DNA of 64,000 nt, from positions 3,410,001 through 3,474,000 of the forward strand of contig JBLDXI010000042.1 in NCBI GenBank assembly GCA_047495785.1. Reading direction: 5' to 3'. Below, piece by piece: positions 1 through 11,400 of this stretch. Position 1 is the stretch's first letter; each line of letters starts with the position of its first letter. The translations under genes and the position numbers were made by a program. This DNA is from Lepidodermella squamata (Eukaryota > Animalia > Gastrotricha). The notes under the pieces were generated by a model. That model had not been told where the DNA came from. It worked only from the letters and a program-made list of their open reading frames with translations, and did no database searches.

Positions 1-765
1 CTTTTCTCCCAACCGCCGTTATTTTTTATAAAAAGAACCAGCTGATCAATCGAAGCGCCGAGGTTGAAATTGTTGATAACCCGAAACCAGACAGGCGCGT
101 GAGCTTTCAAATGCTCAGTCATTTCCATCCAAAATTTGATGTCATTAGCGCTGAGAGAAACGCGACATTTCCGGAGTTCGAACATAGTAGCCAGAACTTG
201 GCGCAATAAGAAGGCGGCATCGTAATGAGAGAGATCAAATTTAACCGCTTGCACGGCTATTTTTCGATATAAGCCAGGTGTATTAATGGCTCCAATGCGG
301 CCCAATTCCATGAAAAACCACAAACGGCTGCTCAATTTATTTCGGATTTCCGATAACGAGCACGTGTCTACTGCGAGATCAGCCCAAATTTTTACCATCT
401 CGCAAAACGAATGAGGAAAGGTCACCTTACAATGAGAAAAACTATAAGAATTGATATATTTTACATGCGTAACAACCTTTGTCAAATCTTCTAGCAGCTT
501 GATTTCTGCAGGTGAGGCGACAGTTTTAATGCACAGCTATGAAATGTTGAAATAGTAAATTTTTGAAAAATTATTAAAAAATTACCCTATCAAGAACGGC
601 GAACGACGCGTGCCGAAAATCATCGTACTTCTTTAATAATGAGAATAGCCGCACTATTCCTTCAACACTTTGATCGCCGCTTCGAACGCCTTGCTTCCCC
701 AAATTAGATATCAGCTTCAAAAGCTCCGAAAAATGAACAACACTCGATGGAAGATTAAAGGGCAT
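1..765 (-). CDS. G1: MIF4G-like helical protein, short class similar to G8; 3' end runs off the window
   Basis: Exons ~765-586, 536-477 and 425-81 are joined by GT-AG introns. They give MPFNLPSS...FAVLDR/LCIKTVASPAEIKLLEDLTK/VTFPHSFCEMVKIWADLAVDTCSLSEIRNKLSSRLWFFMELGRIGAI...SLSANDIKFWMEMTEHLK. This parallels G8 (KQWARSHL...KFLEELCNFGVI...LRAEDAAFWQRRVVDLR). Confidence 0.7.
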
Positions 766-828
766 CTACTTGATAACAAAACAAAATTTCGCTAAAAATC
801 TGAAAATTACGAATAAATGTGTGTAAAA

Positions 829-3800
829 TCAACAGAATTCTTGTTTTGGAGAGCGTTTCAAGTCGATATCTGATTCCATATTCGAGCTCCGTTTTCGGCT
901 AGTCAACGTAACACCATAAACAATCGAATTTTCTCTAACAGGAGGTTTGGCGGCAACTTCCTCATCGTCATCCGATATTACTATCAATTCCGATTCGGGT
1001 TCAGCCTTGCAGAAGCAAGGCCGTTCTGGAAGCGATTCGCTCTGGTAGACTTGTTTATTCTGGTAAGGTATAGATGGGTTCTCGAAAACACCCGAAATCG
1101 CCTGAGCAGATCCGATTGCATTTTTCTGGAGTGCAGAAATGAAAACTTGATAGAACGTATCGCACAACTTTTCGGGACAGGAACTGAGGTAATTTTTCAC
1201 CTCTTCCACGGCTTTACTCAACTTTTCAGGTTGCCTAGCTGTAATAGGATTTATCGCAGCCAGTAAAATTGACAATTTTCGAGCAGCCCGCTGCCGCCCT
1301 GATAATTCAGGCCAGTTCGTCTAATTTCGGTCATTTTTCAAAAATCAAGAATATTACGAAATTAACCTACCCTTTTCAACAAGAGAATTTCGTGAATAGT
1401 CGCTTTCATAACGTCAGAGCTCTCGTTTTGTATACCGATTTCGGACAAAGTCTCGAAACAGCCCGATAATTTATCGCTCATTCCATTAGCTTTTGCGTGA
1501 GATTCAAGGTACTTTCCAGCATCAGTCATCATTTCCATGAGACCTTCGTATGCATGCTCAGTATTCACTTTCAATAGGCTGTCCAAAAATGTCATCACGA
1601 AACCGAAAGGAACGCAATTTTTGACGTATAACAGCCCGATTATTCTACCATAAATACATAACTTCGACTGAACTCAGATAAAACCTAAAATAATACCTCG
1701 GGGTCTCAATTAAATTTCTCTTCAATGAAAAATGTAGCTCATCGACCTGCCCTCTCAACCGTTTCTGCTGCCGAGGCTGTGTTGAACAAAATTATTAAAG
1801 GTAATAAAAATATACGAAACAATACCCAATCTGATGCTTGAATTTCACACTCTAATCGCGTCAATTCGCTAGAAATATGCTCAATATGAACATGGCTGAC
1901 GTTATTCAACCAAATTTCTTGCATAACAGCCATAAAACGAACACCTTTATCGTTCACAACCTTCAAATGAGATACGTTTTTAAGAAGTTATACCAACTCA
2001 ACGAGAGACAAACAAACCAGGCCGAGAGAAATGATGAATTCGCAAGCTCGATTTCGAGTCTTGCCATTGTGAATTTTATCTAAAATCCCGTTGCTAATTA
2101 ATCCGATGGAACGCTCAAACTCGTTCAATGAAAGATTTTTCAACGATGTCTTGAAAAGTTCAGCAGTTTCCGCGATTGATTCATCCGATTGGAGATCAAG
2201 CTCGTCGATTTTCGTATGAAAATCAAATAATTGAGACGGCTTTTCTTTTGGTGGAGCAGCTTCATTCAACATCGGATCATCCGCCAGATGAATTTTATTT
2301 GTCATTTTATGATTTTTGTGTTGCAATTTTGCTGACAATAATTCGCCTTGACCGTGGATGAAATTCCTGATTTCTTCGATTATCTCAGATCCGCTCAGCG
2401 AGCCGTCGAGAGACAAAGTTTTCAACTTCGCCAAACATGAAGAAATCGCCTTTTTCGACCCGCTTGATAGCATAGAAAACGTCATCGAGTCAGTTATTTC
2501 GGCAATTTCCGAAAGAAATTTATATAGAACTTGCAATCGGAGAATGTCTTCTTTCTGCGGGTTCTTTAGGTCAATTTTACACGATGCTATCAAACCTTCG
2601 GCGTACAACTGATAAATGCTGCTCGACAACAATTCATCCTCACAAAATCGCTGAACCAGCCTGGAAAATTCAATTAACATTGAAGTTTTTCCAGGGGGAA
2701 ATAAAAATTACTTCAAAAAAGTTCTCAGGCGATCTTGATCAACGGCTTCAGGATTAGTTCGAATAGCTGACTGACGTGCCCATGTCATGATGTATTTGTT
2801 GAAATATTTCCTACCGTCGAGTCTGTCCTTCTTACGGCCATTCAGTATCTGAAGAACGGAGATTAACATACAAGAACACTTTTTTGAATATTCACGGCAT
2901 ACATACTTGGGCGAAAAGCTGCTTGACAAAATAGTACAGCGCATTGGACGAATCGGTATCAAAGTCAATTACAGACGACGTCTAAAAAATAATAAATTTT
3001 AAAATCGAGCTAAAAAATCATGCCTAGTTTGTTGACAAGGCGAAAATATTAATCACTTAAGAATCCGAATCATTTTGACGCTTCCTATGCCTCCACGAAG
3101 AAAATCATTGAAATACCCCGAAATTTCGAATACCATTTACTCATCCCTATCTCCGGGTTTCAATAGTGAGACATTAGAAGGATTTTTCCGGTATTTTATT
3201 TTAAACATTCTTTGCAGGATCTCGATTCTCGACTCAGCATGCACGTTTGGCATCCTTATCTGGCTAAACATTTCGGCACCTTTCTCGAGCGCCGTGGCGT
3301 TCTCAGTGAATAAGATAAATTCGGCTTGGAGTCGCAACAAGCAACCGCCAACAAATGAACGCAGTAGTGATCTTCAAGTCTTTATGTCCTTAAAAAGCGG
3401 TTGTTGGCCAATCACGACACGAAGTATTGGAACAGTCTCTAAGCAGCGCGCTGGCTAGCAACGTTTCTCGACCCAAGATTTCGAAATTCAGATTTTCTGC
3501 CCGAAGAGAAGATCGCAGAGAAGATCGCGAGTTCAAGAACAATATGCTCAATGACTTGAAAGAGACGATATTGAACGAGATGAACAGAGCAGCCGGGAAC
3601 CGCGAAAAGCAGCCAAATGTTGCATCCATACGTGTGTATGTCTCGGAGTTATTTCCACATGGCCCTCTCACACCCATGGCTACAGCTCCCTGAGTTATTT
3701 GAGTTATTCCTTGAGGAACCCCGAGTTATTTGCTCACCTTCGCCTTGAAAACCCGATGCTTTATTTCCTTTCCTCTAACAAGGCGCAGTGTGTTTTTACC

Positions 3801-6800
3801 CTACAAGCTTTCAACAGTTGTTGTGTTATTTTTGTAATTGAAGGAGGCTTCATTCTTTATTTCTTTGACAGTGCGGCCGGCAGTCCTGTTTTTTCAATAG
3901 AATTACCTTATGGTCCCGACTGCTCGCCTGCCCTCGCTGAACTGATTGGGCAATCTTTGGACAGTGGGCAGATTTTGGACGGTTACGGAATTTGGAAAGA
4001 CAGAGTTCGAGCCGCCAACACCGTGGGCAAGCGTGAAATTTAGGCCTGCGACTTTTTTGGATACTGATATGACGGATTTTCGGAATTTTTGGATTTCTTT
4101 TCTAAAGATGATTTTGAAAACTCATTGCGAGTCAGTAGTTGAGAGCATGGGGTCAGTTCTCGATTGCCATGCGTCCCACGATTGGCCAATCAATGCTGCG
4201 GTATCTCGAGAAGTATTCTTACACTTGAAAAGGCCGAATCTGCCCATCAGAGCTCGGACAAATTGCTGCCCTCGACCGTCATTTCCAAGGGGGCAGGTGG
4301 AATTTTAAGCCTGAATCCGACCGGACACGAAATTCAAGGATCTTAGGGGTAAAAAAGGGGTCACAAGAATTTCCTCCAAAAATCCTTGCCATTGACGAGT
4401 GCCTTTTCAACAACAATGGTATTTTCAATCCAACGAAACACACTATTCGGCATCTATTCTTTCGACAATGTAGCCCGATGCTTCGAAAAATCCGTGGTGG
4501 GATTACGAATTATCGGAGGAGTCTAGCTTGACATTTCTTGAAAGCAACCTTCTCAGTCAGACTCGAAATCGACGATGAGGCTCTAGTTTGGAAGTTAGTT
4601 GACAAGCGACACGAACCTTTGCTAACGAACCTTTTCAACTGTTTTAATGGGGTTTGGACCTTCTGACCTCAACTAGACTATGTAGCTAGGGTTTTCAAGC
4701 ATGCCCAATAATTATTTTCGGGTCTGGTCGATCGCTGAACACTTCTCCTCACTCGTATTCGTGCAATTGGTTCAATTTCAGTCTTTTTTCTGATTCTTAC
4801 ATATAGGTAGCCGTATTGCTTTTTATTAATGTCTGAACCCGTGAATATTCTGGGAAGATTCTGGGACGGACCGGCGAGATTCCGCCGACCGACGACTTGC
4901 ATCTGCCTTCTATTATTTACTTGCCGATTTATCCGATGCCAACACGCTGCCCGAACGTAGCCTCGAAGCCGGAGGAGCCTGCTATAGAAGAAGTGTTCTA
5001 GCTGATAACTTGCTAAACGTTGATGATTATCTAGTGCCATAGAAGTTGTGCCATAGGAATATTGCTATTCCTATAACGGCATTAATGCAGCTTCTAATGC
5101 AGATATCTGTTTTTGTTAACTGTTTTCCAGTTTAGCGTATTTCAATTGCCGTTATTATCACTGCAAAAGTATTGAGGTTTGTCAACCTCCAATACTTTTG
5201 CTTCACTCGCTATTACGTTCCCGCGAAGGAAGAAATTGCCGAGAATCGCGGCGACACTTTGAATCGACCGGCTGCTATTGGCCCTCTCATCGAGCTAGCC
5301 GATACGGAAAATTACCGGTTCGAGGACCTGGAGTTGACGATGGAACAGATCCTCGAGGAAACACCAATTCAACCGGGTCGCATGTGCCGAAAAAGGCAGC
5401 TTGAACGGGCTGAAACTGCCACGCCTGTGATGGAGGTGAAGACGGCTAGAAAGGGTGGTTAAGAAAGCTTTCATGCTTCCTGTGACGACAGTGTATTATA
5501 TTATTGGATATATCATTATAAACAAGATTATAGGTTTTCAGAATTTAATTTAGTTGAAGTTTATTTGAAGAGCTCCTTGGGGCTCGGGGCTCTTCTCCTT
5601 CTTGGCTTTCTTCTTTAACTCGCTTTTACGAGAAAATATAAAATTAACGATTGTGATTAATTGCTCTCCTGTTTTAGATTGTTTTCATCTCGTTGTTACT
5701 CGATTGCTTTACAGCGCAGTCGGTATTGGCCACGGAAGATAACCAGGTAAGGGTCTCGATCGTTACATTGGCGCCGAGACCCGTTTTGGTTAGTGGTCGT
5801 GTGTTTTTGAATTTTGTGTCTGTGTTAACCTTGTTTCCGTTTGTTTGATGGCGGGACTCGGCAGGGGGACCCCACAGTCAGCGGGTAGGGTGGTGATGCC
5901 AGGAACCCTATTTGCGGGCGAGCAGGACTCTCAGGGGCAAGAGGATTCTCAGGATTCCCAGGGGGAGGTGCTCGTAGACCGATTTAGGATATCACTATTA
6001 CTCGTGGGAGGGTTCCAATATCCAGTGGCATTGTGAGATATCTTATGGTCGAAATCTGGCTCAAACCGAGTTCCCCTTACTATGTTGGATCACGTGATCA
6101 CAGACGCCATTCCACCGTTTCTCCTAGGCTACGGCCCCTTCGTCTTGCAGCTTGCAGAATTACCTGACACTAGCGCAAGCTGCTATTTTCTTGCTTTTGC
6201 AACAAGAGTTGATGTTCGAACGCCTGATCGATGAGCCTAATGCAAGGCGGGTTAGTGATCTCGGCCTGAAATGGGCCTGAAATGGCCTGAATGAGCTTTC
6301 GACGTTTCATTCACCTTCGAATTGTATCTCGGCGTTATAACCCGCCAACTACAATCAGCCTCCGGTGTTCCTGTACAACTGGCGAACCGGTTTGCTGTTG
6401 TCGACTTCATTCGAACGTGACTGGAATATCTCCGTCTGGGTTTTATTGCTCCGGAAACACCCGACGCCAAAACGCGGCGTCAACAAAAACTCAATTTTTC
6501 CAATTTTGCCATTCAACGGCGCATGTAACTAGGTGGCGGTTGTCCTGGAATAATGTCGCGCTTCCACGAGGTAATATGGAATGGAGCCGAAATGTGTCGA
6601 AATGTGTCGCAATGGCGAAAAGACGGAGGGTTTAAGATTCCACATCGGGCAACGCATCAAAAGCCGTCTGATGGACCTACTTGGGAAGGAGTTACTGAAG
6701 ACTTGTCCCATCGCCGGTGGCCGGGCTAAAGTGGATGGCGTGGTTGTTACGCGTCAAATCATACCCGAGGACCGCATTTTGAAAAGTAAGCTCGACGTGT

Positions 6801-8392
6801 CTATTTGCTGCTTTCGGCGTGTCTAATTCTTTTCTCTTCGACAGATTTCTTCCTCCAGCTGCCGGTCGTGCGATCTATTGGGCAAGACATGTCACGCAAT
6901 GCCAAAAACTACCGTAGTTACCGAAATACTAACCCGGGCTTATACAAAAATGATACCTCGAAAAATGGGGAAAAGTAGGCTTCTATTCAAGACTAGGCTT
7001 CTATTTGAGATAGGCTTATGCACGGAGACCTGACGTTACTTTCCGTCTTTCAATCTCAAAACTCATCAAAGTATTCATTATTAGTTATTAGCTAGGTCGT
7101 CTAATAGCTGGAAATCAAGACTAATAAGGAAAGCTTTCACTAAAATCATCATAAACCGCAGATTATTCCATATCTTCACGCATATTTCCCATATGCGATA
7201 CTGAATTTCTACTTACGAACTTGTTTTCTGAATGACTTTAGCCGTAAAATATTTACACTTTCGTGTAATAAACGAGAGATGAAAATTTTTATATTGATTT
7301 TTGACAGCTTCAATTATCAACTGTTTTTACACCAGCGATTTCTCTCTCATTTCAAGGCCGCGTGAGGCGTCATTAGGACTCAAATTCGAAATACACTCAC
7401 CTTATCCAAGACTGAAGCCGCAAAGTCAGCTCGCAACTTTTCGTCGTTGATGTGCTTTGCGAAATATTTCTTCAAGTCGCCAAGCAAACGATGAGTTTGG
7501 TTGTAATCTTCGACAACTCCACTGCCGAAAATTTGCTCTAGAAACGAGTCCGCAGTAGTTGACGGGTTCTGCTCATCAGGCGAATTATAACTGAAGACTG
7601 GAAACTTGATGTCACCACATGATGCCAAATGCTTGTGATCATGATTTCGACTGTTCAAATATTCGAATTTTTCTGCGCTATTCAACTCAGGAGTTTGCAA
7701 CATAACACCTGCAAGATGGCACGACGCCAAATTCAACGCAGAAATCTGGCTTGGATTCAACTTGAAAATGCCTTCAAGTTGCAATTCGTCGAGAAATCGA
7801 ACATAATCGCATAGGAAATGGACCGATTTCCGGGCTCCTCTTGCGCTGAAAGTCGCCATTTGCTTGAACAAGGAATCGACTTGAATTAGATCCTGTTTGG
7901 CCAACTCTTTAAATAGCCTGAAAATAAAAAATGCATTAAAAAAAATATTTTTTTTTTCAAAAATTTATACCTTAGCCTTGAGTCCATGAGCTCTTGGCTA
8001 TATGCGATTCTATGTCGTGGAATCGCCGAGTTTATTACGGTTTTGAAAGCACTATCGAATCTGACTTTTGCCTTAAGCTGCCGAGTTTCCTTGAAAATAC
8101 ACGATTGATAACCAGAAGAAAATAAGATACTCGGACTCACTGCGATAATTGATTTCAAAAACGTCACGAAATTCGGAATCACTTCAACGTCCATTTTGTA
8201 GCCAATCATGATCAAATCAGCCGCAGCACGAATCATGTCAGCGAACGATTGAGCCTTCAATAACAATGGCTTTACTTCATTGACCACACGCCTAATTTCA
8301 GCCATCGAAGAGTCGGATTTTAAGGCGGAAATTATAGGACCGAATGAAAGCTTGTTACTAACAGGCTTCACTTTCTCCTTCTTTTTACCCAT
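829..8392 (-). CDS. G2: protein with three MIF4G-like (eIF4G-derived) repeats and a Cys/SUMO/SIM/NLS tail
   Basis: Exons ~8392-8141, 8090-7971, 7917-7401, 2982-2907, 2847-2711, 2660-2019, 1961-1826, 1777-1697, 1645-1372 and 1320-829 splice in frame. The last repeat IIGLLYVKNC...AYEGLMEMMTDAGKYLE...SSDVMKATIHEILLLKR/TNW resembles eIF4G FIGELFKLKM...SLECLCRLLTTIGKDLD...SSRIRFMLQDVLDLRGSNW. Confidence 0.85.
5481..5785 (+). mobile_element. 5' LTR plus primer-binding site of a decayed LTR retrotransposon
   Basis: The termini TGTGACGA (5481) and TCGTTACA (5767) are imperfect inverted repeats. They are followed by a tRNA-complementary-type PBS, tTGGCGCCGAGACC. Degenerate internal sequence follows to about 6300. 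Confidence 0.65.
6910..7040. mobile_element. Degenerate small MITE (taccgta-type end, internal aggcttctatt repeats)
   Basis: It starts taccgtag and carries three aggctt(c)tat repeats. The design resembles the intact element at 24794-25245. Confidence 0.35.
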
Positions 8393-8460
8393 TAAATTGT
8401 AAAACCTATAAAATTAAATCAGTTTTCTTTTAAAAATAATTCACTCTTTTGGCACAATTT
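8393..8460 (-). promoter_or_regulatory. Intergenic spacer with a donor-less splice acceptor (putative trans-splice site for G2)
   Basis: 68 nt separate the G3 stop from the G2 ATG. The minus strand reads ttaattttatAG|gttttacaatttaATG. Confidence 0.5.
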
Positions 8461-11400
8461 CTAAATTTCAGATTTGGGCGAACGTTTTACAACAAATTCT
8501 TGATTAAAATCGGAATCATTCGCCCTTTTCCGATTATGTCGCGAAACGCCATAAACAATTATTTCGCGATCGTCAAACATTGATTGAGGTTGGTCCATTC
8601 CTGTCGATTCGGGTTCGACCTTGCAAGAGCACGTATCGGTCTCGAATTGATCAAAATGCTCATGGTCTGATGTCAAAGCAGAGGTACCAGAAGACTGCGC
8701 AGCTTCGATTGAGCTCTTTTGTAAGGCCGAAATGAAAACTTGATAGAATGATTCGCACAATTTGGGCGCACAGGAACCGAGGTAGTTGTTGACTTCTTTC
8801 CCGGCATTGGCTAGTTTTTGCGGGTTTTTCGCGGTTTCCGGGTTGATTTCTGACAACAGAATCGCCAATTTTCGAGCAGCTCGATCACGAATAGACATTT
8901 TCGGCCATCCAACCTAAATTTACGAAATAAGATACATTTTCAGTCATTCGTTTAGGTTTCTATTCTCGCGATTCGTGATCATTACTGATCTCACGCTATG
9001 AAAGCATTGAGAACGATTTTGGGTTTCTAATCAATTTTGAAGCTCGACCGATTGACATTATCGCTGGATGTCATCGGCTGGTTGGTACCCCGACGATATC
9101 AATACTGGACGACCGAGATAAGAGACTTAATTACATTGTTTTCAAAGCGTCTGTGGAGGAAGCCGGTCGATGTGCGACTGCCGCATTGAAGTTCATCATC
9201 AACTTCAGTCTATTAAATCTTTTTTCCCAACGTGTTCACTATCTACACAATTTTTCCAAGTTTGATTATTACAAATATCACTGACGAACGTTCTTTTTCT
9301 AAATTAGCAAGAATCAAACTATTTTTAGGTCGACGATGACCCAAGATCGACTCAACGGGCTTGCAGTAATAACGATAAATCATAACCTTTAGAAACTGAT
9401 TAATACCGAAGCTAGAGAAAATCCAAGACGAAAATGTAGAGACAATATGGGCCGAATTAAAAACTATCTTCTTCGAAGATCATTTTTCTAAAAGGTTCGA
9501 AAAATTGTGTAGGGCGCAACTGGATGTATTTTATTAAAACGATTAAAATGACAAAATAACAGATTATTATTAGTATCATTACAGCACGCGATCTTCGCGT
9601 CGCGTGTTAAGCTACATTGGCGCCTAGGCGCCGTAACACCTGTGTGTCAATTATTCTCCCGTAACAATAGAAGAAAACGCCTATTTAAACTGACTGTTTT
9701 ACTATCGTATAGTATTATCGACCAAACGCCCAGAACTCACGCTTGTCACTTTTATATCTCTGCTTAAAACTGTGATTCAACCTGCTCATCACTAATTATA
9801 TGCTGCCTTCAAATTAGGTTGTTTTATGTCACTGATTTAACAATAAACAAGTTCTTGTAACCGAGCCGTTATTCTTATTCCGCGAGACACGCCTCACAAA
9901 TTGAAAAAGCGATGACATCGCAAATCTAGGCGCAGGCGATGGTTCCGACATGAGTTATCTCTTTTTTCTCTTGACAATCATATAAGCTGTATTGCTACTG
10001 AGCCTAGTAGACACCCTATTATGTCTTCTTTTTTATTTAGAATTGTCAATGATTTTAATGGAAGAGGCCCCGATGCTAAAAACTGCCTAGGGCCCCGGAA
10101 CATTTTCGGACATTAACGCTGACGCTAAGCAAGGTGAAATTCGAAAACCAATCGTACCGGCACTATAGAATTTGGAAAAAAATCGCCTCCGATGTTAATA
10201 AAGACTGTTCGACGCCTCCCACGACTAATGGCTAGCAATGCCGCCTGAAACACCGCGATTTGAAGCAGATGTACTCCGAAACGAATTTTTACTGTATTTA
10301 GAGTACTTCAAGTAATAACATTATCAGCTAATGCAGTATAATTGATTTATCTTCCAGCTCATTTTCATTAAGCGGTTGCTGATGTCAACGGACGATTTAT
10401 CGACGTTCTGTGATATTCCGGGAGGTCTAACGAGCGCAGTGTATTCAATAGAAGCCCATTATTACGATCAATAACCGAAAACGAACCCGCGTTCTTCACT
10501 AAATTTCCACATTTTAGGCGTCGGGGCTTATCCGCTACTCGATTGGCTAATGATTGGCTATTCGGCTCATGAGATTGCAACAGAAAATCCTACTGGCCAA
10601 CTTCGTTGTTGACAAGCCAGGGCAGTTCTTACCGTAGAGGACGCTTATCTACGGAAGTCATGTTATGAGTCTTATCTAATCGGTGTGAAATGCCAAAAAT
10701 ATAGCTTCGAGACTTTCGTCAAGATACGCCTGATCAGAAGAAAGTCACCAAAGTTATTGGTGGAATCAACTTCTAGAACGGCTTCGAAACTCTGTTATGG
10801 TCTATGGAATCCCAGAAGCTGAAATGGTTCCTGAGCTAAGTGACATAGCGATCGAATGTTTCCGGAAACATTCCCAACAAAATGTATCCCAGATCGCACC
10901 ACAAGGATGATTAAAGCGTTTGTTAATAGTGTGCTAACCACAGCATTCAAAACAGCGTTACCTACGGAATGAAAATCGAGCCGATGTCTAGTCTATTGGA
11001 TATGTCGAAGAAACTCGTGGAATATGCCAAGCGTACGACTAAGAATAAGACGTTGAAAGATGCCAGAATCAACTTTTTTCGTTCAATCCTAGTTTTCCGT
11101 TTTTAGGACTCAAAAATTGAAGAAGAGTATCGACGCGTTTTCAAATCACGGCGTACTTGCTTCCTAACTGTTGCGAATGTTGCGAATTCCCGACAAGAGG
11201 ATCCCAAAAACAGCCAGAGGAAACGGACGGGTCACCAACGTCCTAAGAACCAACCCCCGGCAAAGCACAACAAAACGAACATTGCGCTTGCAAATTTTCA
11301 AGAGGATATGTAGAAGATGGATGAAAGCTCAACAGGCGACCTACCTACCCCCGCACCGAACTGCCCTGTTCTGGAGGCCCGCCGTTGGAATCTGACAAGT

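Noticed and set aside
3070-5460. Genes or a classifiable retroelement in the G2 intron (GVPQG-like word near 3715 on the minus strand)
   Set aside because: The ORFs are short and broken and show no other RT motifs. This is probably TE debris, but I cannot classify it.
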